Assembly (NCBI GenBank): GCA_030704615.1 | Contig: CM060732.1 | Span: 38,192,001-38,256,000 of the forward strand | From: Takakia lepidozioides | Lineage: Eukaryota; Plantae; Bryophyta | Direction of reading: 5' to 3' | DNA length: 64,000 bases | In this document: piece after piece, positions 1-11,345 of the stretch | Numbering within the stretch: the stretch's first letter is position 1 | How the letters are laid out: every line of letters starts with the position of its first letter | Position numbers and translations under genes: made by a program | The notes under the pieces: model-generated | The model's input: the letters and a program-made list of their open reading frames with translations, nothing else | The model's database searches: none | What the model was told of the DNA's origin: nothing

Positions 1-2349
1 TCCATTCTACTTCAACGTCCACTGGGTGAATTAGAAAACATCTAGTGGTGTAAGGTCCTGAGCCTTCATGTTGCTGATGCTCAATCAACAACGTTCTTTG
101 AGCTATCCAGCAATGTCCCTGGATAGAGGTCTAAACTGCAGGCCCTGTGTGTATTGGCTTTTGTGTGTCAAAGGGGGAGCGCAGGACTATCGAGACAAGG
201 AAAAAGGCTGAACTGAACTTTGAGCAAGTAAGTTTTGATTGCCATAAGACTGAAAGCGCCACCAAAGGAGTGCGCAGTGTTATTGTAGGAGCATGGATAG
301 AGCTTGAGCAGCTATTTCAAGCTCCATGTAGATATTTTCTGTCTTGAAAGTCCTGAGGGGAGAAAGATGCTCACCTGAAAGTGACCATCCTCCTGTAGAC
401 TGATGGTCTATTATTGTTTTGGATGTTTTGAATAGTCCGAAATCAAGCAATGGCAAGAATGTCTTATAAAGTCAGAAGTAAGAGCTTTAGCACTGGAGCA
501 CGCACAACATTTCCATGAAAAAGCCGAGAAGAGCATTGCATGGGAGCTCAGTGCCCAAACCACCTGTGAGTCCAACAAAGTTTCCAATAACCGAACACCG
601 GAGAGCTCTAATGCAGGAGGGATCTGTGGCAATAAGAGCTTCCAGGAAGAAAGAATGCTGGACAATGACAATCCTACACGCAGAAGTTGCAGGGTTAGGA
701 CCCTGGAGGACAAGATGGGAGGTATTAACACAGCTACTTTGGGAAGAGAATTTGGCACTGTTACAGAGACCCAGGATGCTTCCAAGGAATTCTCCAGCCG
801 AGATCCATCACCTATCTCTAGATCACACAGCCAAGCTTCAACAAAATTACAGAATGTTGTACTTTTTGAGAAGAGGCTACCTGCACCACGCGAAAACACC
901 TATGTCTCAGTGACATTCAGCCCAAAACCCACACTCCCTGATCATTTACCAGCTCGTGAAAGCAGAGGTAACTAGTAACTACGCTAATTTCACTTCAATT
1001 TTTGTAGAATCTCTTGCAGATCTATGGACTATTGTCCTTGTTGTTTGTACTGACTTCTACAAGTTCATCTCTAGAACAATGCAGAACCAACTGTGGAGCT
1101 AAAGGATCACCATCATGCAGTCTCTGATACAACTGATGTGTCCGAGAGGTTTACTACTACTACTGTTAGCATTTGGTTTGCTGAGAAGTGGAATGAGATT
1201 TAGACTTATGAATGTTAGCAGAGAAGTAGCTGCAGCAGGTGGCTTTTATGAATCCTTTCAATACAATACTTCCAACTTTCTGGACCATACAGAGGAGAAC
1301 CTGTTCACTAATTATAAGCAATGATTTGTGTCGTCAGGGAACCATTATTCCTTCAAGATAGAGGCAACCGGTTCTTTCAGTAATTCTCTGCACCACTTCT
1401 TATTCTTTCCAAGTTTAATTACCTTTTGAAGCATCTCATAGGTGTGTAGTGTTTGTGTTGTCACAAGCCTGTGTCATAGCCTAGCAAGTGTCGCTGCAAT
1501 AGTGGTAGGCTACCCTCAGAAACCAAAGGCAAGGGGTGCGTCTGGTTGCAGAGCTGGAGACTACGCAAGTGCAGCAAATGCCTACACGTATGCTATTGCA
1601 AAGGATGCAGCCATGCTCTTGTATCGCATCAATTTAGATTCGCTTAATTTGGCTGTTGTGTTTTTACATATGTGTTTGCGAGAAGAACTTTTTGTCTGAA
1701 GGTGAGTTGTCTATTATGATGTGCCCTCTCTTAAACATTACCTGCACCCACTTCTCCCGTTGTCTCTCATCCCAAAGCATTCCAGATTTTCCTTGCCTCC
1801 AGACCAAACCCCCACTTCCCCCTCATCTCTCACTGCCAGACTTTCCTTTTCCCCTAGACCAAATTCCTTGACAGATTGGGCATAGCTGCTATGCGAACCG
1901 AGCCGCTTGCAGATTGCAGCTGAAGCAGGCGCAGCAATGCATGGATGATTGCACAATTGCTCTTCGCCTCCTCAAGGATGAGACCTCACTTGACTGGCCA
2001 TCTGACATTCCACTGAAGATTGCACAGCAAGGGATGTCAAAAAGTCAAGAGGGAAAACTGGCATCCTAGGCTGGACACATGCCCGACTTCCCAAAGGCAA
2101 AGTTTGCAGTGGCTCTGACCCACTTTAGTCACATTTTCAAGTTGCGCTGCACATGAGGAAACTTAGTAAAGTCTAAAACAACACGATCTCTCAATGCCTT
2201 GCACTGAGTAGCACTCCAATACCCAAGAGTTTGCAGCCTTACAAACATCGTGCTGTCTAATGCAGGCACTGCAGCTGGATCCAACAAATAGAGCTGTTCA
2301 ATGCAACTTAGATGAGATAAAGGCAAGGCTGATGGCTCCAGAAGGTTAG
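1..2349 (+). CDS. DNAAF4: 3' part of a dynein axonemal assembly factor 4 (DYX1C1 / Chlamydomonas PF23)-like TPR gene; 5' exons lie before the window
   Basis: Manually spliced GT-AG exons: 174-227 (GERRTIETRKKAELNFEQ), 436-967 (SEIKQWQ...LPAPRENTYVSVTFSPKPTLPDHLPARES), 1338-1379 + 1552-1620 + 1886-> (EPLFLQDRGNRFFQAGDYASAANAYTYAIAKDAAMLFCYANRAACRLQLKQAQQCMDDCTIAL) and 2266-2349 (ALQLDPTNRAVQCNLDEIKARL). These match the DYX1C1 PAPR...FTPR...RES motif followed by C-terminal TPRs. Structure at 968-1337 and 1990-2265 is unresolved; there is an in-frame TAG near 2066. Confidence 0.72.
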
Positions 2350-5102
2350 TCATTTCCAAGCACGGCTCTCGGAATAGACTGCTGCATGGTACAGTGGTTC
2401 ATCAGCAAGTTCTCGGCCATTCATATGATAAGATCGTGCGGAAAACATTGTAAACGTGTGTGGTCCTGAACATGGACAAGCTACAAATTTATTCATGACC
2501 CCAATTCACCTTATGGTGACGTTACTATCATACCATCCACTTGTGCATTTAGATCATCTTTATGCATCTGAATCATCTAGGCTCACTTGTTGTTGAGAAA
2601 TTGTTGTGTCTGCACACAGGTCCTTGGATCACCCTTGGATCCTAGACCTCACTGAAATGGAGAACTGCAATGTTCAGTAATATATAAGTCTGCTATCAAA
2701 TATAGAGAGCGATATATGCTACTGTACATCGTTGCGGTTCCTGTCTACTGGGTCTGGAGTAGTGTGAACAGTTTGAACTTCCAGTTCCCATGACAGTGGC
2801 CGTGCACCTTATCAACATTCCGTTATATCTTTCAATACTGGGGGTTAAGTTCCCAGGAATCATAGGATAGAACCACCTTGAAGATCAATTCGTTTGAAAA
2901 ATCTCCAAATATACCTGGAGCTTTGTGGTTTGAAATTTTTATCTTAATTTCTCTGTTCCGGAAACGGATCGTTGCACCCACATACTTCAACCAGTTTGTC
3001 AAGACAATGTCCAGCTGCTGTCAATTTGCTGTGGGAAACGGACTTTCCATTTCTGGTAGAAAGCTCCTCGAGTTCCATGCAGTGACGGCCCTCTTATCCC
3101 ATGTATCATGCGTCGCTCCATCTTGCATCCCACATATGCATCCTTTGCATCCCAGCAGGCCGGCCTAATTTCAAATTTGAATTGAGATGGATGGGGTCTG
3201 ACAGATTTCAAATTTATTGTAAGGCCAGGTTCGCACATGGCAGTTAACTTGCAGTTAACAGTCAATAGTTAGTGTTAACGGCCGCCGTTAACAAACGAGA
3301 ATTCGACTAAAATATCAACCTCCTCCTACGTTAAGGCCTAAGTAGCCGTTAGTAAAAAATATATATATAGACTGGTGTCTCTTCACCACAAGGGCGACTT
3401 TCATAGAAGCATGTGAAGACAGATTCTGGCTGGCACTAGTGAGTACGTTCTTGAGTAGTGATAGCTCTTTCTGGTGGGAAGTAGCAAGGTAAAGCAAGCC
3501 TGCTAAGGAAAGGGAATCACCTGCAGAGAACCCAAGATGTGCTTCTACTGATCTTTCCTTTACACCTGAAAACCATCTGTCACATTCATCCATATCGAAT
3601 ATGTAGAGCAGTTTCATTCGGCGCTGATTCTAGAGTGGTCCAGGAGTTACTGCGGTCCAGGAGTTAAAAGAGGGGGCCAATGTAGGAAGGCCACCTGTAT
3701 TAATTAATGGATAGTTCTACTAATATGTCGGTCCGGTGAGAAGCAATTGATTAGTTGCTTGTAACTTGTGTCTTCAACATGCTCACACAAGCACTAGTAG
3801 CGTGTCTCACTAGTGGTTTGAGAGCCAAAGCCAGCGTGAGTAGTTGTTTGCTATGTTGGGGGTCGGGCCAGGTATGGCAGGTAGGGTCAAAGTGGCTGCA
3901 AGAGGGAAAAACAAGGTGGCGGAGGGTGCAGAGAAGTTCACAGAGGCAAGTGTTACTATCGGTGTGGGTGGAGCAAATATCGACGCCACATCAGGTCCCC
4001 TTTATTCCTTGTTCACAGATTACCATGCATTTTAGTGACTGGTGGTGTTCTGTGTGTTCTGTATAGCAACCTCCAGTAGGTTGAATCTCGGTTCTCATTT
4101 CTGCAACTCTTGTGTTACCCACTTTTCAAACTTTCAATACTTTATTAATAAATTTTGATGCTCGACCATCCAACAATTAAAAGAAATCTCAAGTACATCA
4201 CTTGAACACCCAAATCACGACCGCAAAGCCTAAGCCCTCTTTGTTTAAAGTATAGGAATCCTAACCCTAAGCCACTCATCTAGATGGCAGCCATTCATAT
4301 GTTTTATATTTTCCAGCCAAGTGCCATAACAGACTTGAAGTTGTGAGCATGGCTGCTGCCATTACTGACTAGCTGTTAACATCAGAAAAATCACAGGCTA
4401 ATTGTTGGCATGTCGATTTCTAACAGTTGCCTTCATCCGAGCAGTAACCCTCCCATTCATTCATGGGAAATATAGTCAAACAAGAATCAGGCTCTTCACA
4501 TATGTGAAGCCGACCGCCGCCCTTGTAGGCGAGCTGATGCAAAAAGACTTACCATGAACTAGGCCTCGAGCAAGTGGAATGAAAAAACCAAAGAGATGAA
4601 AACCTTGCTCTGTAAGTTGAGCGAAGGACAAAACCTCTCATTGGAAAATCCCTAAGTGCTTCGTACAGGTGAGGCAATGAAAAATGAACTACAAATAGGT
4701 GATCGCCAATCAAATCCAACCCATTCCAATCAATTGTTACCTAGTTTAAATATCTAAAGGTCTGATTCATCCTAATATGGGATGAAAAGTAGTTGTGGAA
4801 TACTATTCTCATCAAGCTTGAAATAAAGAAAATAATGCTGAAACAATTTTTTCTCTATGGGTCCTTCTTAGATGAATAAAAGTGTTTTACGAAACTTCAG
4901 ACGAGAATCCATTGTAACTTCTTCCTCATCTTTAATTTTTATCCCACTTCAACTTTCATAGGTCCATTTTTTCATGGAAGTTATTTTTAAACCAATTGAT
5001 TCACGATCTATTATTTGATTAACCAATCCCTTTTCTTGTGAAGAATTAAGAGTTAAATGGTTCGACGTTTTTTATTTCTGAGAGCAATCCATATTTTTTG
5101 TT

Positions 5103-5700
5103 CACTACACCGTTGGGGGGGATTTAGCGACACCCGCGGATTTCCGGGATGGCGGCAATTGCAAATCTGCGACGCCCCAGGCATCGCAAATGTGTCGCTA
5201 GGGGGGGGCGTCGCAGATTCCGGACTTAAGGCGACGCTAGGGGGGTTGCAGACCCAAACCCCCCTGAAAATCCCCGCGTCGCAATAGCCATAAACGAGGG
5301 AAAAAAAATAAAAAAAACAAAAATACGACGCCCTAGGGATCGCTGTTTGGATTTCGCTTTCGAATTTTTTTTAATTTTGAATTTTTTTAAATGGCGAAAT
5401 ACACACGGTTCAAAAAATGGCGGGAGACACACTTCTCACATAGTGTCAAACCTAACCCATGAGCATGTGTTTGCAAGTAGCCGACACACATCGAGTTCCT
5501 AAATCATTCAATGTGTTGTTCGGCAAATTTGAACTCAAGACCTCTATATTATACACATAATAAGATACTTCACACTAACCAGCATATCAATCAAAACACT
5601 TACATACAAACTTATGATTTAATTATACATAAGGTAGTTCATGCGTACATCGGTTGCTTGTCATGTAAGCGACGTCTCTGGCGTCGCATTAATCAAAACG
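5103..5700. mobile_element. One terminus of a CACTA (En/Spm)-type DNA transposon with subterminal repeats
   Basis: CACTACA begins at 5103 at a sharp AT-rich to GC-rich boundary. It is followed by many direct and inverted GCGAC/GTCGC motifs (TTTAGCGACA ~5123, CTGCGACGC ~5168, GTGTCGCTA ~5192, GCGTCGCAG ~5208, GGCGACGCTA ~5230, GCGTCGCAA ~5276, GCGACG...GCGTCGC ~5669-5688). The matching terminus was not found in the window. Confidence 0.65.
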
Positions 5701-6050
5701 ATTTTATTTATTTTTGTGCGAGAAAATTACCTCCGATGGACAAGGAGGCAGGAAGACACAAGATATTTTAGCCTACATCTAGATAACTATTAATGACAAG
5801 CACTCATTGGATGGAAACCGGTTGAAGAAGCTGCATAGCATGTTCAAGATTGGTCATACAGAAGAGTCTACATCGTCATCCTCCCTAGGAAAGTGGCACA
5901 TGACACGACATTTAAACTAACGGACACTCCTCATCAAGCGGGCGTTCCCCTTTATGCCGCTTATTTTGATGAAAAATGACTTTCAAGAGACTAGGACGCT
6001 AGTAAGACTGTTAAAAATGAAATATAAATTTGTGTTGTACAATCAGATCG

Positions 6051-7464
6051 TCAGGCTTTAGTTGTATAAACTCTCTCAGCATCAAACATGATTCGATCTC
6101 ACATGCTTCCAATTTGTAGAACTACCTCCAAAGCCAACTTCGATATGTATCGTGTCTTCCCATCGTCTAAGAGAATTTAGCAGGCTTGACATAAAAATCT
6201 AAGGCTTTCTCTTATCTCAAAGTGGGTTGTTTGTACGGCAACAACAATAACAAGCATTCAGATTTTGCTGAGATATGAGTAAATAATGTCAGCACTGTAC
6301 CAAATTTAGCCTCTTATGCTGCTATCGTCTAGTTTCTAGATGACTTCCAGATTCAAGATGAAACTACTGTCACGGACGACATCCGTTACTAATGAACTGC
6401 ACTACAAAAAATTCTTTCATTTGTTAGATTTCATTCATTTTGTATTCAAGATATGGGTGCCTGGTCATCTTCGAATTATCCTTAGTGACGGCGACATAAG
6501 ACTTGGCATGTTTGCTCGACAACAACTCCAACAGCGCATGACAATCCGAAATGGTTTTCATAGCCTTACACAAGTCCTGTAAGTCCAAACCATCAGGATA
6601 ATTTATCCCTTTGCGATGAGGGTGGTCTCAGGCTGCGTTTCAGGAGAGAAGTGTGACATTTATCATGTCATTACTATAAAAGATACCCTCTATACCATCT
6701 TTCCATTCAGCCATATCAGCAGATTTTCCTCTCAACAATTTAGCACGAGCCCTAGTTAGCATTCAACAATAATCAACAGGCCAGGCGTTAACAACAAAGT
6801 GATCACATGTTTGAGGGTGCTGCATGCGGGACTCCCAATCCGTGACTATATACGAGGAGATGAAACGATAGTTGTGGCTGAGGTACACCGCCTCGCCTTG
6901 CAAATGCCAGAGCCTCTCAGGACCCTTCAACCAAAAAGACACGCGCGTGATAGTTACATAGCCCAATTTTCTCATCCTTGCTTCCTTCACGTCTATGCAT
7001 TCACCATTATACGTCTTGAAGACAACATCGTTTATTGGTATACCCGTCATGCAGCACAAAGTATCTATGTACGCAGTGGTCATGTACTTAAAACCAACTG
7101 ACGCTTTTAAATTCAACAATTCTAATAACATAACATCTTCAGTACAAAAATCCAAGATGGAGTCGAGATCATCGCATATCCTCGCAGGTGCCGGCATACC
7201 TTTTGGTGGAATTTTAGGCACTACTAGAACTTTCTTCACATCTTTGGCTTCAAATTCAAATTTCACAAACTAGATGCACTCAATCCGATTCAAGAAAGTA
7301 CAAATGAAAGTTTGAGATCCAGTATTACCATTGATAGCCTTTGAAGTGGATGATAATGGTTCTAATTCATACTAAAGGCTTATTCTTTCAAAGGTTATAT
7401 ATTTTACATCGTGACATTGTGTTTTAAACACTTAGTACAAAATATCATTTTCAATCCACATCAT
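6051..7464 (-). pseudogene. Degenerate intronless ORF (~470 codons) with a C-terminal tyrosine-recombinase-like catalytic domain
   Basis: ATG at 7464 is in frame with the 167-aa ORF 7266-6763 and continues past its TGA into MLTRARAKLLRG... There are 7 stops in ~360 codons and no frameshift. Downstream motifs, in order: GCRP (6384-6373), HK..KFG (6318->), NSLRR (6177-6163), NH (6093-6088) and AERVY (Tyr 6068-6066, after a small deletion). Confidence 0.5.
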
Positions 7465-9968
7465 AATATTGAGTTTAATAAATAGTATTTAGTATTCCAC
7501 GTGGAACATGCAATGGTTTAAATTACTTGTGCTCACTTCTACTGATGTCACCATGGCACCTCAAGTGCATTAACCATTCATGAATGACCCATTCACTTTA
7601 TCAGTGGTTCACAAAGTGGTAAAAGACATAAGTGATTAAATATGCCAATTGGAAAACCCTAAAATGTCATTAGTAGCAAATAATCTAATGGTTTTTTTTT
7701 AAATAATAAAAATAATACCCAAATCCATCCTACGGTATTGGAAGAGAACTTTGCTCGTTTGGAGTGCAGGGATTGGGAAGAACATATTGGGTTATTACCT
7801 GCTCTACCTATGGCAATGAAAGTCGACGCGTTGTGGTCATGGTGAAGACCTAGTCATTTAACATAGACGACACTTTCCAGCTCGACGACGAGTTAGTAGA
7901 AGATGAGCTCAAGAACGAACATTAGACTAGGTTCTTGGCTGTGGATATGATGTTGTAGTATGCCACATGCACAAAAAGATAGAGATCATGTGCTGATTGC
8001 ACTGTTGTTTGGCTGCAAGTTTCTAGTTGATGTTGTAAATCCAATGAAGTGTAAGGCGATCGATGACAAAGATGATGCTAGTGACTTCACCTAAAAAAAC
8101 AAATATATTGGGTGAGTGTTTGTGACATGCATTATGGAAAAAACAAGACATTGTTGTAAATTCTTTTGATTTGCATTCTAAAGTATTGCACATCTTTGAA
8201 CAAAGATTTTATGTCGTGCTGCAGGAAGTTCTTATACGCAAAATGCTATGAAATTATGTACATGGACATGTGGAGCCTTGCGGAGCTGGAAAGTTGCCAA
8301 ATTGCCATGTAGTATATACAAGAAAATATCTCTGTCTGAAATGATAACATGATATGACATGTACGACAAATCCAAAGAACGATTCCAAGGAAATGGTCAA
8401 ATGTGATATTTGATCAGAACCAGGTGACATCTTGCTTTGAAATGTTACTTGTTATCTGATGTTGTCATTAGTGTCTGCTTCCACAAGTAGGGTGACATCC
8501 CGCGCTATCTCGTGGAGAAAACCTCAAAAAACCAACAAGGTTTACTGGAGAGGGCTATTAACAGTTCTCATATTCGGCTCATTAATGAAAACCTGGGTGC
8601 TACATATGTCAAATCATGAGATCAGCAATCGCGTCCTCCATCTTAGAGTGGATCAATACTTGATCACGATGCACAGACATTGGGGCTCACTTTATGTGGT
8701 AGAGAGAGTGGCTTATAAACTCTAGGAAACAAGTCGTTCCGAAGTGTGCCGGTTTGTTGAGGGTGCACTATATATTGGAGTGTTAGGGGTCTCTGTCACA
8801 GCAAGTTAGTGGCTGGAGGAAAGTTCCAGGTGAGGGAATTTGGCGTAGGTCCAATCAAGACAATTCATGTGACACCTTGTCAAGTCAAAACTTATTTTCA
8901 ATGAGTGGTCTTCCTAAATGGATGGTACATAGGCCAAGGTCCCCAAATAAAGAGTCCATTGGCTCAACAATCTTGCCCTCGGCACTCTTCCAAATCACAG
9001 TAGCGAGTCACCATCCCATCAAATGCGTGGGATTGTTGGACGCTGTTTCGAGCATGTGAGACAGAAAGGTGAGTTCATCTGCTCTTACTCCATCTCCGAT
9101 GGATGCTTTCCACAACATTGACAGCAGAGACACAAGTCAAGTCTTGTCTTCTTGATAATGTGTGGCTCCACAGCCATGATTGTATTTTATCCTTGCTAAG
9201 AATCATCTCGTTCCCTTTTGAAACCACATGACACATTTTCGTCGGAAATCGTAGTATGAAATTAGGATGGATTTCACCGTGTCCTTCTTCTCCTATCTTT
9301 GTGTGATCATTTCCATCCGGTAGTCAGCTCTGGGCTCCAGGGACTGGTAATGCATTGCACTAGCTATGTTCTTTTCCTTCATTTGTCTTTGTTGGTTTTG
9401 TGCCTCTCTCAAATTCACACGTTTAGTACACAAGAGGATGATCTGAAAGAAATGTGTTTATAATTCATAGGAGACTGTAGCAATTTATGTTAATATCTAG
9501 TGTGTGTGCATGTGTTTATGAGACAGCGAGAGCGGTGCAAACTAGGATGGTGGGTTTCTTTAGTAAGGTGGACCATGACATATGATTGATGAGGCACAAA
9601 CATGGGTTGAACTAACCCAATTCCTGGTTAATTGGATTAGTGACAAACCTCCAAATGACCATAAGATAGCTGGCCGTGCAGAGACTAAATATTGGGTGTT
9701 ATGTAGAAGTGTTGCTCAACTGTCCTACAAGTTATACTCCCACATAGCCACGATGATGACAAAACCAGCATACGAGAACAGCCTCTTCAAGAAATCATTA
9801 AAGTTGGAAAGTGAAAACCCTCACCAAAGTAGTCAGATCGGAAGAAATTGCCAGATTATCCTTCTCCTTTCTGTAGCTCAACCTCGGTGAACATTATAGT
9901 TAGGTGACAATCTCCATCTATATATAGGGTCTGATCTAGGACTACTCTTTACAACACATTGTCGTTAA

Positions 9969-10620
9969 CCCTTAAACGCCCAGTAGCCCGTTTCAGGCTT
10001 TTGGGTTTAGAAAAATCTGAATAACTTTTTGCATTCTCCATGGAATTGTGTGAAAAAAAAATATAATGTTCTTGCACACCTGGCACACCAAGATTCATTG
10101 CCCGATTGCCTCGGATCTGCCAAGTTGCAAAGAGGTCTCATCAGGCAAGCAGGGGGGTCACGATTTGATAAAGGTAATTCTCGTTGTTTCATTCTTCACA
10201 CTTGTGTCAGAGAGGGAGAGAAACATGGGATTTTCCCAGGTTTGACCAAGTGGCAACATCGCATGCATTGGCCAAATTGGATACTTTTTGGCTTGTTGGA
10301 CGAGGGATCTCAAGGGGATGAAACCCTGCTAATTTCGTCTCAATCCCATTTGATCCCGTCACTCAAATCTTTAAAAAATTACCAAAAATGGATATGTTTC
10401 TCAAAAGGGCCCCAATAATGGGGCCCACATTCAACGGTGACATTTTGTGGATTTGGGGCTGATTGGCCTCAAATTCGGCAGGTGGATGCAGGAGGAAGGT
10501 ACGCACCTAATGTGCGGTCAAGTTCTTTAAAAAGTTAATTTTCTGAAAGTTACACCTTTTTTCCACTTAAGGGGTCATGTTTTCTGAAAAAGTCAAACTA
10601 TGGCACTGGGCGTTTAAGGG
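9969..10620. mobile_element. Non-autonomous piggyBac-like element (MITE), 652 bp
   Basis: Perfect 16-bp TIRs: CCCTTAAACGCCCAGT (9969-9984) and ACTGGGCGTTTAAGGG (10605-10620). Left flank is TTAA (9965-9968); right flank is TATG (degenerate). No transposase ORF inside. Confidence 0.7.
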
Positions 10621-11069
10621 TATGCCAATGGTGAATGAAGTTGACAAAAGACAATGACCACCTCAATATGGAAAGCAGAAGCACTAGCCGACAATAATGC
10701 AAGAGAATAATTTATCCTATCACCTTCGATTAAGTCAACACCACATCGACTCTAGTGTGATTTATCTATTATAGTTTGAGTTCACCCCAAGATGGGTCAC
10801 AATGGGGTTAGCTTTTCTTCTCCATTTGTAGGCACGGAGATGGCAATATGAGAAAAGGCACAAATTTACCTCACACCACATTGTTATGATGCATTGTATC
10901 TAGCAATCACACTACCAGCCACATGTTTCAAAGTCTCCCATCTCTTAATGGCTTTTTACAATCCAGGCTGATAGGTGTGAGGGGAGCAGCAAGGGTGGGG
11001 ATTTGACAGCACACCACCGGGACATCGCCGGTATGGCCATCCCCCAAGGATGCCGTTAAACTTACAACC

Positions 11070-11345
11070 AGACCTGGCCCGCAAACTGCCGGTGTAGGGG
11101 TTTCTGGATCCACTAGGCGGGTCCAGGTTCAGCCATGGTGCTATGGGAAGTCCCCGTTGTTTTCTCTTATGGCCTGTCACGAGGTTATTTTTTCCTCGTT
11201 CTTTAATTTGATAAACAGGGCTCCGCTCCCTTTCCTTAATAAAAAGAAAATAAAACCATGGTTGGGAGTATTTGGTGATGATGTGGGTTAGGGTCCTGGA
11301 TAACCTGGACCGGTCACCCGTACAACACAGGACCTGGACCCGCAC
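11070..11345. repeat. Cluster of ACCTGGACC(CG)-like motifs in both orientations; probable TE subterminal region
   Basis: ACCTGGCCCG 11072, CGGGTCCAGGT 11118, ACCTGGACCGG 11303, ACCTGGACCCG 11332. No TIR or TSD delimited. Confidence 0.3.

Noticed and set aside
411-899. 162-aa minus-strand ORF, and similar antisense ORFs over the PPR, glycosyltransferase and ASG1-like genes
   Set aside because: These are shadows of real coding exons on the opposite strand, with no recognisable motifs.
5515-5585. TTTGAACTCAAGACCTCT as a tRNA B-box / tRNA gene on the minus strand
   Set aside because: No cloverleaf or A-box could be built; more likely a tRNA-like remnant within the CACTA subterminal region.
6400-7464. 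Stops in the YR-like frame as proof of methylation-driven C-to-T decay, or as codons rescued by U-to-C editing
   Set aside because: Every stop codon is one C-to-T change from CAA/CAG/CGA, so the observation does not discriminate. Plant U-to-C editing is organellar and this is nuclear DNA.
7700-9900. Possible further genes of the YR-like element
   Set aside because: Only short, stop-ridden frames; no ATPase, capsid, polymerase or transposase motif was recognisable by eye.
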